This document shows, piece after piece, positions 34,901 through 47,447 of a stretch of 64,000 bases of DNA. Numbering within the stretch: position 1 is the first letter of the stretch; the number at the start of each line of letters is the position of its first letter. Source of the DNA: Epithemia pelagica. Its lineage: Eukaryota; Protista; Bacillariophyta. The stretch is taken from contig OX337233.1 of NCBI GenBank assembly GCA_946965045.2, positions 3,348,001 through 3,412,000 on the forward strand. Direction: 5' to 3'. The notes under the pieces were generated by a model. It saw only the letters and a list, made by a program, of their open reading frames with translations, was not told where the DNA came from and did no database searches. Made by a program: the position numbers and the translations under genes.

Positions 34901-37198
34901 AAATGGTAGTGTGTTATACACACATCTCATCCTTTCTTTTACTGTACGTATGTACCTTTCAATATCTCCCACATGTTCATCTCGTGCGGTAGGATTTAAC
35001 AATACACCGATCAATTGCAGCTCGGTTTTCATCTTCTCGGAACAGAAGGCTCCGTCAGCTAGTAACATCCGCGGGCGCAAACCACCTCTGCGGTAGATCG
35101 CAACCACTTTGCGCAACGAGATCATGACATCATCATCAGTGGTATTGGCCATTGCTACCATGGTCCCAAAATGCAACTTCCTGGACGTCGTTGCAAGGAA
35201 AGGAATGTTGTTGACGTGGAGAATATCAACAGTGAGTGTCACATCCTTGTGTTCTTCTTTGATCCGTGGTGGTACGGTCTGTGACGATTCAACCACAGGC
35301 GATTTACGACGAGTCGTCTTGCCCTTGAGACTTCCAAGGTCTGGCCCGTATATTTTCTCGGCCCTCTTGACGTCGTCCACAGTGATCGTTGTGTTAGGCA
35401 ACAGATTGTTTCGTATGATGTGTACGAAATCACGCGTGGATGGACGACCTATCTTGGCCATTAATGATCGTGCCAGTTCAGCTCTATAGACTTCGTCTTG
35501 AGAATAAGCAGATTCATTATCATTAACCGTAGTGATGAAACTACTCTGCATTCTTGACGTATCCATATAGAACAAACCGTCTTGACTTGGCAGGAATTGG
35601 TGTTTGAGTCGCCCTGAAGATCGGTCGAAGAGATTGAATGTGTTCCTGTTATCGCTGTCATACTTGATTGAGAACCTTGTGCGTGCGTTATTGAGTGATA
35701 TGATGTTGGCCGGCCCTTCCGGGTCATGCCAGACGATGCCATATCCGGGGAGTAGGCCCTGTTTGGAGATCTGACGCCGCCCAGCGTGACTTTGGATCAT
35801 GATTGGGCGCTCGGCTGTGTGAATATTCTTGAGGAGGGTGGAGTCTCGGATAATGTCTACAGTCGATTGGTTGTCGAGGAGTAGCCATTCTGGGGATATG
35901 CTAGCCTGTGAAGAAGAAGCAGAAAACGAATATTGAAGTGAGTTACAATGAGCGTCCTCAAGGCCGTTTGATTCATTGGTCTCATTCCATTCACCATTAT
36001 TGTTAGTTCGTGTTTGATTTGATTCATGGCCACGTGATTCTCCGTTGCCTGTGCTCGCTCTTTCTCGGCTATTGTTGCCATTCCCATTGCGACTCTGGGT
36101 TTGTCGTGAGTTCGCTGTCATGTGGCTGTCACCAGTCAATGTGGAAGCCGCTTGGCTTTCATTGCTGTTATCCAACTCTTGTGTATGGTATGCCATGCCA
36201 GTGGCATTCTCAGTCGGGGTCTGCTGATTTTGATTCGGTTGCTTCTGTTTACCTGTCATGCGGTTATCAAGAATTGCCCTTGCATCCGCCAGAGTGGCAG
36301 GATACACATCTTTGTGGCCGTCCAAAAACATGTTTTGCAAATGGGCCTCGTACTCGCGATGGCCACATGTTCGGATGAATCGGATTGCCACGCATCGCTC
36401 TTGTGCTTCTTCACGATCGATAGATGATGGAGGGTCCCTTCCGTTTTTCTTGGCTATCATCTCCACGAGATCTTTATCATACAACACCACACCGACCTCA
36501 TTGAGAACTTTCACTTTTGCCCTAAACACTTCATAATAGCTGTGTAGGGTTTGATTGTTTCTGCGTTTCACGCCATAAAACTCTTCTTTCAACTTGTCAC
36601 GACCGACCAGTTTGTAGATTCGGCCGGAATCAAACGTGAAGGTTGTTTGTTTGATCAACTTGAGTAGAGCTACACCGTCCCTTTCATCGTTGATCGCTTC
36701 CTATTCTGGTTTGGCTTGCAACTTGTCCTTCATGAGGGGCGTACATTGCCCGAGAATGACACTGAACAAGGAAGCGCGAAAGTTGCGATAGGCCTTCACT
36801 TGATCCTTTCTCGCCTTGTACTCCATTTTCCATTCTTCCATCTGAATGGGGTCTGTGGGATCATCTGGAACCTTTGCTTTCTCTGGATCTTTAAGTTCCA
36901 ATTTCTCCAGCGCCTTTTGATACTCTAGGTTGTAGTAGTCGAATGATGTCCCCACGTAGCCCACTAACAACTCAACGTTGCGTAGGTAACGCTTCGACTG
37001 GGGATCTTCACTATAATCAAACACGCAATCTTTCAGCGATGGTTCTTGGCCCTGAAAGCGAGTGTTTGATTGTTGGCCTTGGTTTTTGCCACGACCTCCT
37101 CGTCCTCTGCCTCCATTGGATCGACCGCCCGTTTGATTACCTCGTCCGCCGCTTCATTCTGCTCCATCCGGCCGAGGGCCGTTCCCACCAGTCGACAT
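31997..37198 (-). pseudogene. Copia gag-pol, unit 3, two nonsense codons
   Basis: Shared TAG at 36701-36703 plus private TCA to TGA at 37154-37156; pol part still open. Confidence 0.9.
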
Positions 37199-37199
37199 C

Positions 37200-37871
37200 T
37201 TATTCGATCACAGCTAGGCTGTCTCGGTGTCGACGATGTTCTTCGTGTTTCCCAGTAGATGGATTCCAAATGCGTATAAAGTGGTAGAAACTACCGTGTC
37301 GCGATATGACTCCTTCAAGATAGGTGGTGGAGGTTTGATTCTTCAACTTGAGGGGATTGAGTACCCACACTCTAGTTCCAATTGGAATCCACCTTATGGG
37401 GCTGTTTCTTTGCGATGCGATTGAAGGAGGCTGTGGGACTTGCACTGGATGACTTGTTTGAGATTGAGGCGTACTGTTTTGGGATCTTGGTCCAGCTGTC
37501 TGTTTTACCTCTGGTTCGGGCGTTGCCTGTCTTGATGGTTGCGGTGGATCCGGTGTAGTTGACCGGGGTTCTGGGACAGGTGTCTTGTCCTTGTCAAGGA
37601 ATTGGATTTCTCTCAACAAGCTGTCACGTTTTGCCTGAGCTTTTTCAAACACAAGTTGCTTCCGAATCTCACACTCGTCGTATGCGTTGTCACGATCCGT
37701 TTCTCGTTGACGCTCAAGAGCCGCCACCGTTTGACGGTGTTGAGCTTCTCTTCTTCGGTATTCTTGTTGAAAGCGCTCTTCAATTGAGTGTACTTCTTCT
37801 TGTTCCTCGAGAGTCAGCTGAGCCAATTGAGCCAATATATCTTGCCAACGCGCTTCAAGTCTCTCGCTCAT
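37200..37871 (-). CDS. Copia upstream ORF, unit 3
   Basis: Copy of 21164-21835, one substitution (M to T). Confidence 0.75.
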   Translation of the reverse strand: MSERLEARWQDILAQLAQLTLEEQEEVHSIEERFQQEYRRREAQHRQTVAALERQRETDRDNAYDECEIRKQLVFEKAQAKRDSLLREIQFLDKDKTPVPEPRSTTPDPPQPSRQATPEPEVKQTAGPRSQNSTPQSQTSHPVQVPQPPSIASQRNSPIRWIPIGTRVWVLNPLKLKNQTSTTYLEGVISRHGSFYHFIRIWNPSTGKHEEHRRHRDSLAVIE

Positions 37872-37986
37872 ATACCGTAGTTCCCTTCACAGTCTGTGAT
37901 ACGATATAATGCTTTATTTCTAAGGAGATTATGTTGAAACTCAAACAAGCCGTGCCGTAAAAGCAACTCTTTATAGGCTTATCGAA

Positions 37987-38805
37987 CTACGTAATCTCCT
38001 TAGAATGAACACTTGCTTGTTCATCTTGCCTAATGTTGCTTTTGCCACGTCGACGGACTAAAGTCCATGCTTCGGCATCTTCATCATTCAAGTTTGGATC
38101 CTTAGCTTCCGAATCACTCTCTGTAGTCGCGGCTTGCTCGCTGCTACTCGTCGCCTGGTCACATATCCTCAACACACTCCTTTGGGCCGAGGAGTGATAT
38201 TTACTACTCGGGACCACATTCATGATGATATCCCGCAGGCGATAAAAAGCTTGACCCTGCAACGGTTTGGTAAAGAAATCAGCGATCATCTCATCCGTCG
38301 GACAGAAACGCACACTCACGTCCTTTCGGCGAATACAATCTGTGATATAGAAATATCGTAGATTGATGTGTTTGGTTCTTTTCGAGCTCGACAATCGACC
38401 GTTTTGTTCCAGTAGGATACTGCTCTGATTGTCCTGGTGCAGGACAACGTTCTTTACCTCATGTCCTTGGGCTCTCAGAAAGTTCTGGCTCCATAACATT
38501 GACGGTAACACGTCGTGCACGCCTATCAACTCACATTCAGTCGAACTTCGCGCCACAAGTTTTTGTTTTGAAGAGGCCGTCATCACGGCACCCTTGCCCA
38601 TAGTCATTACTCCGCCAGTCTGTCCTTTCATGTCTGGGTGAGTAGCGAACGAGGCATCCACCCACCAACAGAGTGTTCCAGATCCATCACCCTCTAGTCG
38701 TAGGATCAGATCCTTGGTTGACTGTAGGTACTTGAGAACCCGACCGAGTTTTCTCTGATCGTCAACGTCTGGATTCATAATGCGAGTGCTCAAAAAGGCC
38801 ACAGC
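37987..38805 (-). pseudogene. Duplicated Copia RNase H 3' fragment
   Basis: AFLSTRIMNPD...ADFFTKPL...HSKEIT*, truncated upstream by a deletion. Confidence 0.9.
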
Positions 38806-41717
38806 TCTGACTTTGCTTCATGTTGCAGCTCCGGGTTTATTGTCTCTATGAGAGAAGCGACAATGACAATAGGTCTACATACTTTCATACTTTTTCACCC
38901 ATGAACCTGTATTTTATAGTCGTCTACATGGCTATCCTCGTTTCCGTTCCTTTGGACTCTGTCTTGGACTCTGTCTCGGTTGTGCCTCTCTCATCGAGGG
39001 AGTATGCACAAGTTTGTTGGTCATCGTGTACGCCATATCTTCGGATGGGACCTTCCCTTCGGTTCCAACTCTGTGACGCTTGAAACCCGTCGTCGTTAAT
39101 ACCCCAGGCAAAGCAAAAGAGACACAGGATCCTGTCACAAGACCATTCCATCTCGCCGCGCCACCCAACCTGAATCTTCACATGGAATGTTTTGGATCAT
39201 CTGCCAGATGTTGGGTGTGCCTACTTGTGGCGATTTAACGACTACCGTTACACGACAAAGTGCTTGAGACGGGCATACGGTCAGACGGTCGTCAGAATGA
39301 ATTTGCCCGAAAGAGACATCTATCGACCCGTGTGGCTTGCCATTTGCCATTGTACAAGTATTGTATGATATCTAACGTGGACCCATTCTCTTCTCTTGTC
39401 CACAATGACGAGAATTAAGAGGAAGTACACGTCGACAATCCCAACGTTGGGCGAGGGAATTCCCCGGCTGAAGAGACTCGTCTCGGAGACGGGCCCTTCC
39501 ATCCCTACGGACGAGGAACATGAGAAAGTTGCGTTTCGCGTGCGCGACTTTGGGCTGTTAGGGCAGGAGACGTTCAGCGAAATCAAGGACTTTCGCACGA
39601 AGCTGGAGGTGATAGACGGGCGAATTACGTACGTCACAGAGAACGACATTGCTTTAACCGTTCGGAGCTTCGTTGCATCGATCGTCGATGCGCTTGGTCT
39701 AAGCGGCGATATCAAGGTCTACACCGAGATTGGCGTGTTTAAGCTTCGTCCAGACTTGTGGGTCGTGACTCTTCATGCAATGCCTATCGGTGTCATTGAA
39801 GTAAAAAAACCAGACATTTTGGGAAACGAAACTGCTCTGGACCACCCAAACGTACTCGGAGAACTATACGACTTCATGAAGCACCTGCCCAACTTTTATG
39901 GCGTATCCCCTGCATTTGGAATTGTAACGAATCTCAACGCGTGGCGTATCGCCTGGTTCCCAGACGCCGAAACGGACCGTTTTGCTGCGGAGGAAGAGGA
40001 GGTAGAAGAAGACCATGTCGATGCGCTTATCTCGCAAGTTCCTAGTGATAGCGTACTGTCTATCGCCTCGCACCAAATCGATAATGATGGCAAGGATGAC
40101 GATGTTGACGGCGATGATGTGAAGTGCACGGCCGACGAAAAACCCACCGATCGGGTATTGCATGTCTCAAGAATCTTTCACAAGAATGAAAACGATAGCG
40201 TCGCCGTCAAAGCTATTGCGGCTGCTCTTCTGAAAATGTCGAAAGCCGAAAGGCGGCCGTACGGCGATCCTTTTCAAGATCTTGACAAGCGCTCGTTACT
40301 GAAATTCGAGAAAGGAGACAACGCGTCTGTGTTTTGGACTCGTCTGACGCTTACCAATGGTCCCCAATGGGACAGAGTAGCTAACCCCAAGAGATGGCTC
40401 ATCGCAATAGATGACCTTGGATATGGAGCCCACGGACGAGTTTGGTTGTGTTGCTCGAGCGGTGGCGCAGTCTGTGTGTTGAAGTTCGCACTCGATGGAA
40501 ATGCGGCATCGCTAGATAAAGAAAAGGAAGTTTGGCAGAAAGTGTACCCTGCACAAATCAAAGTTCATCGGGAGAACTGGTGTGGTGAGCCCGCCCTTCG
40601 AATGCCACACTTTGCGAAAGTTGCGGAAGCCGACCGAAACGACTTTGTCCCACAGGTAAAGGCAACCTTAATGGCTAACTTTCACAACAGAGGCATTGTT
40701 CATAAAGATGTGTCTTGGAGAAACATTGGGCAGTACGTAACAATCGCTGGCACCCCGAAGGCCATAGTCTTCGACATGGGGAGTGTGAGAGATCTGCAAG
40801 ACGGTGAGGGAGAAGAATGGGTAACGGAGGCCTGCGACAAATTGATAGAGTAACACGGACTTTGATTTCGGTACGATTCGGTTCAATATCCCAGTCACGT
40901 TCCCATTTCAGAGCAGTCACAAAACTTGATTGAGAGTATGTTGCATTCGGATCCCAAACAGCGACCGTCGTTGGAGTAAGTTGCCAATCATCCATTCTTG
41001 TTTCATCGTTGCATCCCACAGTCGGCGCCATTGATGGCGTTACAAGCACCACCGACCTGGACGTTTGACGATCGTAAGTTTCTTTAATAGCATGATCGGG
41101 TTGCTTCAGTTCCTCTCATCTCACCCGCTCTCCTTCTAGATGTTCGCCGATATTGTCGGATTCACTGCATGGAGTTCAGCCCGAGAGCCCAAACAAGTTT
41201 TTCTTTTATCGGAGACAATCTATCAAGAGTTTGACCCCATGTGAGTACAACATGTATGCATAGGCCCTCACCTTCATGATATTTCAACAGCTCACACAGT
41301 TGGTGGATTTTGATCCAAAATATCCGGTTCCCTTCCATGTCAAGATTCAGGTTGGGTGTCGCGGCGAGATGGAATGGTCTTGAGACAGGAGTCTGTGTCT
41401 CTTTTGCTTTGCCTAGGGTACTACCTAGTTACGACGGGGTTCAAGCGTCACGGTTTTGGAACCGAAGGGAAGGTCCCATCCGGAGATATGGCGTACACGA
41501 TGACCAACAAACTTGTGCATGCTCCCTCGATGAGAGAGGCACAACCGAGACAGAGTCCAAAGGAACGGAAACGAGGATAGCCATGTTGTAGACGACTATA
41601 AAATACAGGTGCATGGATCAAAAAGTATCTAGTAGACCTATTGTCATTGTCGCTTCTCTCATAGACACCAAAAACCCTGAGCTGCAATATGAAGCAATGC
41701 CAGAGTTGGAACTCCAG
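38804..41717. repeat. Inverted-repeat-bounded nuclease-kinase cassette, unit 3 (left arm clipped by ~13 bp)
   Basis: Copy of 6616-9529 at offset 32188. Confidence 0.88.
39405..40853 (+). CDS. REase-like + kinase protein, unit 3
   Basis: Intact copy. Confidence 0.8.
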   Translation: MTRIKRKYTSTIPTLGEGIPRLKRLVSETGPSIPTDEEHEKVAFRVRDFGLLGQETFSEIKDFRTKLEVIDGRITYVTENDIALTVRSFVASIVDALGLSGDIKVYTEIGVFKLRPDLWVVTLHAMPIGVIEVKKPDILGNETALDHPNVLGELYDFMKHLPNFYGVSPAFGIVTNLNAWRIAWFPDAETDRFAAEEEEVEEDHVDALISQVPSDSVLSIASHQIDNDGKDDDVDGDDVKCTADEKPTDRVLHVSRIFHKNENDSVAVKAIAAALLKMSKAERRPYGDPFQDLDKRSLLKFEKGDNASVFWTRLTLTNGPQWDRVANPKRWLIAIDDLGYGAHGRVWLCCSSGGAVCVLKFALDGNAASLDKEKEVWQKVYPAQIKVHRENWCGEPALRMPHFAKVAEADRNDFVPQVKATLMANFHNRGIVHKDVSWRNIGQYVTIAGTPKAIVFDMGSVRDLQDGEGEEWVTEACDKLIE

Positions 41718-42386
41718 GCAGCGTTGGATTTTGAAATAGAAATAGAAATGAGAAGGTCTATGCAACGGATCTAAAAGCTATACCATATAATATCGATTGC
41801 CACATAACTGGAAAAGGGGCCCCCTCTTTTTCTCTTCGTCTCTCCCCGAGACAGACTCCCACATTTTTGTCAAACACTCCACAAAAAAAAAAAGCGACGC
41901 GTCTAGATGTCTATCATATGTAATAGACGATGGACTTGAAGTTTCACATGCTTGCCTCTCTAGACCACCCTTAATAGTCCCATCCATCCTTCTATTATCC
42001 ATCCTTCTATTATTCGAAAAAGGTTGTTGATTGAACATCCATCGTGGCCAAAGTGCACCAGCATTAAGAAATTGGAGTTTGTGTTTTGACGAATCAATCA
42101 CGCATATCTCGTTTGTGTTTGCTACGTTTGAGAGAGTGAAGAAAAGCCAAACACACCCGAACGAGAAATCACTGCTTGCCATCACGACAGTCACATCTAT
42201 TTACAAAACCAAGTATAAAGACCTTAGACTCTACCTCTGCGATTGACACACCCACTCTCCCCCAGACTTGTGAACTTTCTCCTCTCTCCATTGATTTTCA
42301 TTGAACGAAACCATTACAGAATGAAGGCTTTGGGTGTGACTCCAAAACCAGTTGGAAAGGACAACACACTCTAATTGTCGTCCGCC

Positions 42387-43787
42387 ATGGACTCGCAATT
42401 GGATTTGACGGCCTCTTCGTCATCCGAACTCTTTGTTGCTTCTCGATCGGAATTTCAACAAGTGGTGCAAAAGTACAAGGCCATTTTGGATATACCTCGC
42501 AACGAAACCGATGGTACCTTGAATGAAACCGAAGCCTTGGCACGCATTGAAGACCTGTTCGATCCTGACTTTGTCCGTCATAGCGAAGGTGATACGGACG
42601 CCAATTTGTGTGATTTCAAGGCCGAATTGTTGCAATTGGGTCGTTATCCGTCTTTGCATTTCAAATTGTTTCGATACAAACAAGTGGCGGCCGGCATTAT
42701 GGATTATTATTTGCGCTTTTCGACGCAAGACAAGCAATTTGTCATCAAGGGTCTGGCCTACTTTCGCAAGGCTCGAATTTACAAGACCGAAGTCACACGG
42801 ACGGCCTACGATAAAGTGTCGGGACAAAAATCGGCCACCCAAGAAACGCCCCTGACCCGAGACCGGACCGAACGACAATTTGGCTGTCGCATTTATGAAT
42901 TGCCGTCCATGGTTCATGGACAATTGTTGGGGGTCGGTGGTAACATGTTGCCCGTCGAAGAAAAGTATGAACTCTTGCGCATCTTTTTGGTCTACGATAA
43001 CAAACAACATCCAACTGACAATGACAGTGGTGTTCGCAATAGCAGTGGTGGTGGTGGTGGTTGGAACAAAATGTTGAATTTCTGGCGAGACCAGTATTCG
43101 TTGCGACTGGTGGACAGTAAAGATCAACCTTACGTCAAGGGTGCCAGTATTACCTTTTCGCGACGTGCCTGTGGATCTCGACGCATGATTTTGTGGAACG
43201 AGCGTAAGGAACCTCTGGCCTTGGCCTATCGACACAAGAAGCACGGATTTTGGAGTATTTGTGGAACACGGCCCTTGATTCCCGGTCCTCATCACTATTC
43301 GGAACCCAAATTAGAAGATGTGGGAGAGTCCAATGTCGTGGCCTTTTATCCCTGGTTTCGCATCAAGTTGGTCCACACGTCGGCAGGACGGTTGTACTTT
43401 GGCGAAGTTCTTACGTTTGATGTGGAGGGGACCGAACGAGACGAGTCGTCGTCTGCGGAAACAATGACAGCGACACCCGCGGAGGAGCATGCCAGTCCTA
43501 CCACCCAAGTGACTCCCAGCGCCACGACTGCCCGGGTGGACTTTGAACCGATTTACAAAGTGACGGAAACCCGTGACAGTCAGGAACGGATTGTGACCAT
43601 TTGTGATTATTACAAGTCCAAGGATCATTTGGGTATTGTCAAATCCAGTTACAATCCACATCGTCGACTCACACAACTTATTCACAAAGAAAAAGAAGCG
43701 AGGCGCGTTCAAGTCGATGTCGCTCCGGGAGTGGATCCGGCCTTGATTCTGTGTATTGCCTCGTGTTTGGAAATGATGGAACTCTAG
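42387..43787 (+). CDS. LURP-one-like protein, unit 3 (intact)
   Basis: Full 466-codon ORF. Confidence 0.55.
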   Translation: MDSQLDLTASSSSELFVASRSEFQQVVQKYKAILDIPRNETDGTLNETEALARIEDLFDPDFVRHSEGDTDANLCDFKAELLQLGRYPSLHFKLFRYKQVAAGIMDYYLRFSTQDKQFVIKGLAYFRKARIYKTEVTRTAYDKVSGQKSATQETPLTRDRTERQFGCRIYELPSMVHGQLLGVGGNMLPVEEKYELLRIFLVYDNKQHPTDNDSGVRNSSGGGGGWNKMLNFWRDQYSLRLVDSKDQPYVKGASITFSRRACGSRRMILWNERKEPLALAYRHKKHGFWSICGTRPLIPGPHHYSEPKLEDVGESNVVAFYPWFRIKLVHTSAGRLYFGEVLTFDVEGTERDESSSAETMTATPAEEHASPTTQVTPSATTARVDFEPIYKVTETRDSQERIVTICDYYKSKDHLGIVKSSYNPHRRLTQLIHKEKEARRVQVDVAPGVDPALILCIASCLEMMEL

Positions 43788-44423
43788 TACTCTCCTCTGA
43801 GTACAGTGGACCAAAAATCAAACGTACGCCGCCACAGGCTACAAGGTTGCTTTGTCTCCTCTCCCAGTTCTAAACCCCATTCAATCATGAAGCTGCTTCG
43901 AACACAGTAGCAAATTGAGCAATTCACACGACCAACATGCTCTTTTGCATGTCTGTGATACACTTAAAATGAAATGGCCTCACACATTTCGAGATCTGTT
44001 GGACACCTTGGGATCTGTTGGAGAGGAAGAAATCCTAACTGAAGCAGTATACCCTCTAGACAAGCGTGGATATCGCCCTTTGCACAGTATACACGGATAA
44101 TGTTAGTAGTCGCCTCAGAGGGGATCATTCCCCCTGACCGGAAACTTTGTCACCGAGATTACTCTTCCTCCAAGGCCTCTATCTCTTCCTTTCGTATAGT
44201 GTAGACAATCGTAGAGAATGAGAGACACATCGTTTGGTCGGCCGGCTCCCAAACCAAAAATACCTACGGTAGAATAAGGAAGAAAAAACGAGATAGATGA
44301 CTTTATCTTATGCCATGAGCAGTGTTCTATTCGTAGTGGGGCCTTCTCGAGAGCAATCATACGAGCAAAACATGCACTGTTCTTGTCCACAAGACACCCA
44401 ACGTAATGAAACTTCCACATACA

Positions 44424-45623
44424 CTATTCATATTGTTTTGGCCGAGTAGGGGCCTTGCCGAGAGTCAACATACGAGCAAAACATACACTGTTCTTGTCCA
44501 CAAGAGGAAGCGTTTCAACCACATTTTCCTCTTCACAGCATGCAAAAGTTGCAATGCCATTCGAAATGGCAATCACGCTACACATGAACCGTCCAACCCT
44601 TAGTTCTGGGAGCTGCCATACCAGGTTCCGTTGCGTGTCCAAAACTTCCACAGAACGCATGTACTCGTCTTCATCTCCTTCTCCACCAACCACAACGAGA
44701 CAAGATCCGACTCGGACCATACCATGACCATGTCGAGCATTGCCAAGAACCAGATCCTTGTGCATCTTCCAGAACTGGTTTGTGAACGGGAGTGCTGATG
44801 TTGCATTTTGGGGTCCTTTGTTTTTGCTCCAGTCATTAAATTCGAGGTACTCCACAGAGTCCATGTAGTCGAGCTCTTCTCCACCCATTCCGCCTCCCAC
44901 ATAGACACGTTGACCAACCACACCCATTCCAAAGTCCCTTCGAGCCACATTCAATGGTGGCCCGGATATAATGACGCATTGACTTTCGGAGCAGGTGTCG
45001 AGAATATCGACAGATGCGAGAGCCTTTTCAACAGCACTTCCACCCGCCACAACAATGAATCTGTCCTGTACAACGGCTGCGGCGTGTCCCCATTTTCTGC
45101 TGGACAAGCGACACTCTAAAGTCTTCCAGCATTTGATCGTGCCATTTTTGTTGGACCGTTGCAAATCATTGATGTCAATCTTTTCAATCGTATCCAAAAC
45201 TTGGTGGCCATTTCAAGTGTCTGCGGTTTGTTGTCCACCAATGGCGTACAAAGATCCATTGCACACCACAGCTGCAGCGTAATGTCTATTTTCGTTCATG
45301 GACGGAGCTTCTCGCCAGGCCATTGGAGTCGTTTCATCATCATCATCATGGTCCAGTAGATTCACCCAAAGAACCCCATAGGTGAAAGTCAATTCATTCC
45401 GCCAACAACCTCCCATTACAACCAAGATCCGTCCTTGATTCTTATTGTCGGGGCGATGGATCACAACCGATGCATGTCCGTCGCCCAAATCGATTGGCAA
45501 GAGAGGCCATGGAGCTGTCCGCCAGGGTGTTGCGTCGTCTTGTTCTTCTTCTCCTGGATTATTGCTGTGGAGGTTTGTAAAAACCAGTCCAGACATCTGC
45601 GCTTCTTGTTGGACGTTGTTCAT
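44424..45623 (-). pseudogene. Kelch protein 1 with in-frame TGA, unit 3
   Basis: Same stop at 45213-45215. Confidence 0.8.
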
Positions 45624-45940
45624 GGTGTTGTTCCGCTTCTCGCGTTCTTCGTTCTCGGTTGCTTCTATGGCAACATGCCTGAGTGGTTTTATAAATTTTG
45701 TGATAAAAAAGATACCCTCCCCTACAACAAAGATTCGGAAAGATATGGACTCTATGTTAGCTGAGATCCAATCTGACTATGGAGGTTAACACACCCACAC
45801 CATAGTCGGAGCATGTATCCACAAGAATTATAGTACTCCTATTCATTATTCATCTTATTACAGAGAGACTGTGTTCAACTTATTACAGAGAGACTGTGTG
45901 GTCGACGGGCAAGGAACGGAGTGGAAATCTCTCTCCTCGA

Positions 45941-47007
45941 CTAGACTGTCTGCCCACCCATCATCAGTGGGGCCTTCTCAAGAGCCATCATACGAGCAAA
46001 ACATGCACTGTTCTTGTCCACAAGAGGAAGGGTTTCAATCGCATCTCCTGATCTCCAGCATGAGATTGCTGCAATGCCCTTCGAAATGGCAACCGCGCTA
46101 TGGTGTCGCGGTCCAATTCCCTGCTCTGGGAGCTGCCATACCAGGTTCCGTTGTGTGTCCAAAACCTCCACAGAACGCATGTCTTCAGCACCTTCTCCTC
46201 CAACCACAATGAGACAAGATCCCACTCGGACCACACCATGGCTATGTCGACTGGTGCCAAGAACAAGATCCTTGTGAAACTTCCAGGATTTGTTGGTGAA
46301 CGGAGATGTTGCGGTTGCATTTTGGGTTCCTTCGTTTTTGCTCCAGTCATCAAATTCCAGGTACTCCACAGAGTTCATGTACTCGAGCTCTTCGCCACCC
46401 ATTCCGCCTACCACAAAGACACGTTGACCAACCACACCCATTCCAAAGTTTCGTCGAGCGGCATTTAAGGATGGTCTGGATATAATGACGCATTGACTTT
46501 CGGAGGACTGTGTGTCTAGAATATCGACCGATGCCAGAGACGTCATGCCAGGATTTCCACCCACCACAGATGCCAGAGACGTGCCAGGATTTCCACCCGC
46601 CACAACAATGAATCGGTCTTGTACCGCGACTGCGGCACACCCACCTCTTCCACTGGACAAACGACACTCTAAAGTCATCCATTGTTTCGTTTCATTGTCC
46701 ATGCAAGATGGACAAAGTAAATCGTCAATGTCAATCCTTTCAATCGTATCATAACCAGCACCGATATATTCAGAATATTGTCCACCAATGGCGTACAGAG
46801 CGCCATGACATACCACGGCTGCAAAGAACCGTCGGTCTTCGTTCATGGGTGGAGCTTCTTGCCAGTCCATTGTATCCTGGTCGACATTCAACCAAAAAAC
46901 CGCATTGGAGGAAAGAAATTCATCCTCCCACGGACACAACATGTGGGTAGAAGGATTCGGATAAGAATAGCCTACCAATACGACCAAGATCAGTCCTCGA
47001 TTCTTGT
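45941..47007 (-). CDS. Kelch protein 2, 5'-truncated, unit 3
   Basis: Frame open. Confidence 0.75.
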
Positions 47008-47130
47008 CAGTTCATTGGCAAACACTTCAAACTGTTTGATGCAGTCGTTCATTGTGAGGTGTGTGATGCGCCACAGTCGCTCAAGATGTACAGTTGTCCT
47101 CTTCTTAAATGGTGCTCAAATTCATTCGTC
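47008..47130 (-). pseudogene. Cyclase remnant, unit 4 (followed by ~1.9-kb deletion)
   Basis: Copy of 5033-5155 with the donor changed from CAG/GTAAG to CAT/TTAAG; joined to sequence equivalent to 7052. Confidence 0.88.
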
Positions 47131-47234
47131 GACTACCGTTACACGACAAAGTGCTTGAGACGGGCATACGGTCAGACGGTCGTCAGAATGAATTTGCCCG
47201 AAAGAGACATCTATCGACCCGTGTGGCTTGCCAT

Positions 47235-47447
47235 TGCGGTACCCGGACTCTGTCCCGCCACGACTCCACGTAAACATGACTCGATAGGTCCCTAGTTGAA
47301 TCTGTGACATCTTTGACACCGACGTTATCAGAATTCAGTCCGTCCTTGTCCCGTGTGCAGATGGCTTCTCTGGCCATCGCTCACTTTCCTAGCCTAATTC
47401 CTAAAGATCACAATTTTTACGTCCTACCATTATGTATGGGTATGGCA
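47235..47447 (+). repeat. Gypsy 5' LTR (213 bp)
   Basis: Matches 52742-52954 with 1 mismatch found. Confidence 0.95.

Larger units (their letters stand above)
31942..38805 (-). mobile_element. Copia at the same insertion site, unit 3: LTR - internal - LTR - truncated second internal segment
   Basis: TTGCT then TGTTGAAAC at 31942; LTRs at 31942-32184 and 37932-38174; second internal segment 38175-38805 joined to unit sequence equivalent to 6616. Confidence 0.95.
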
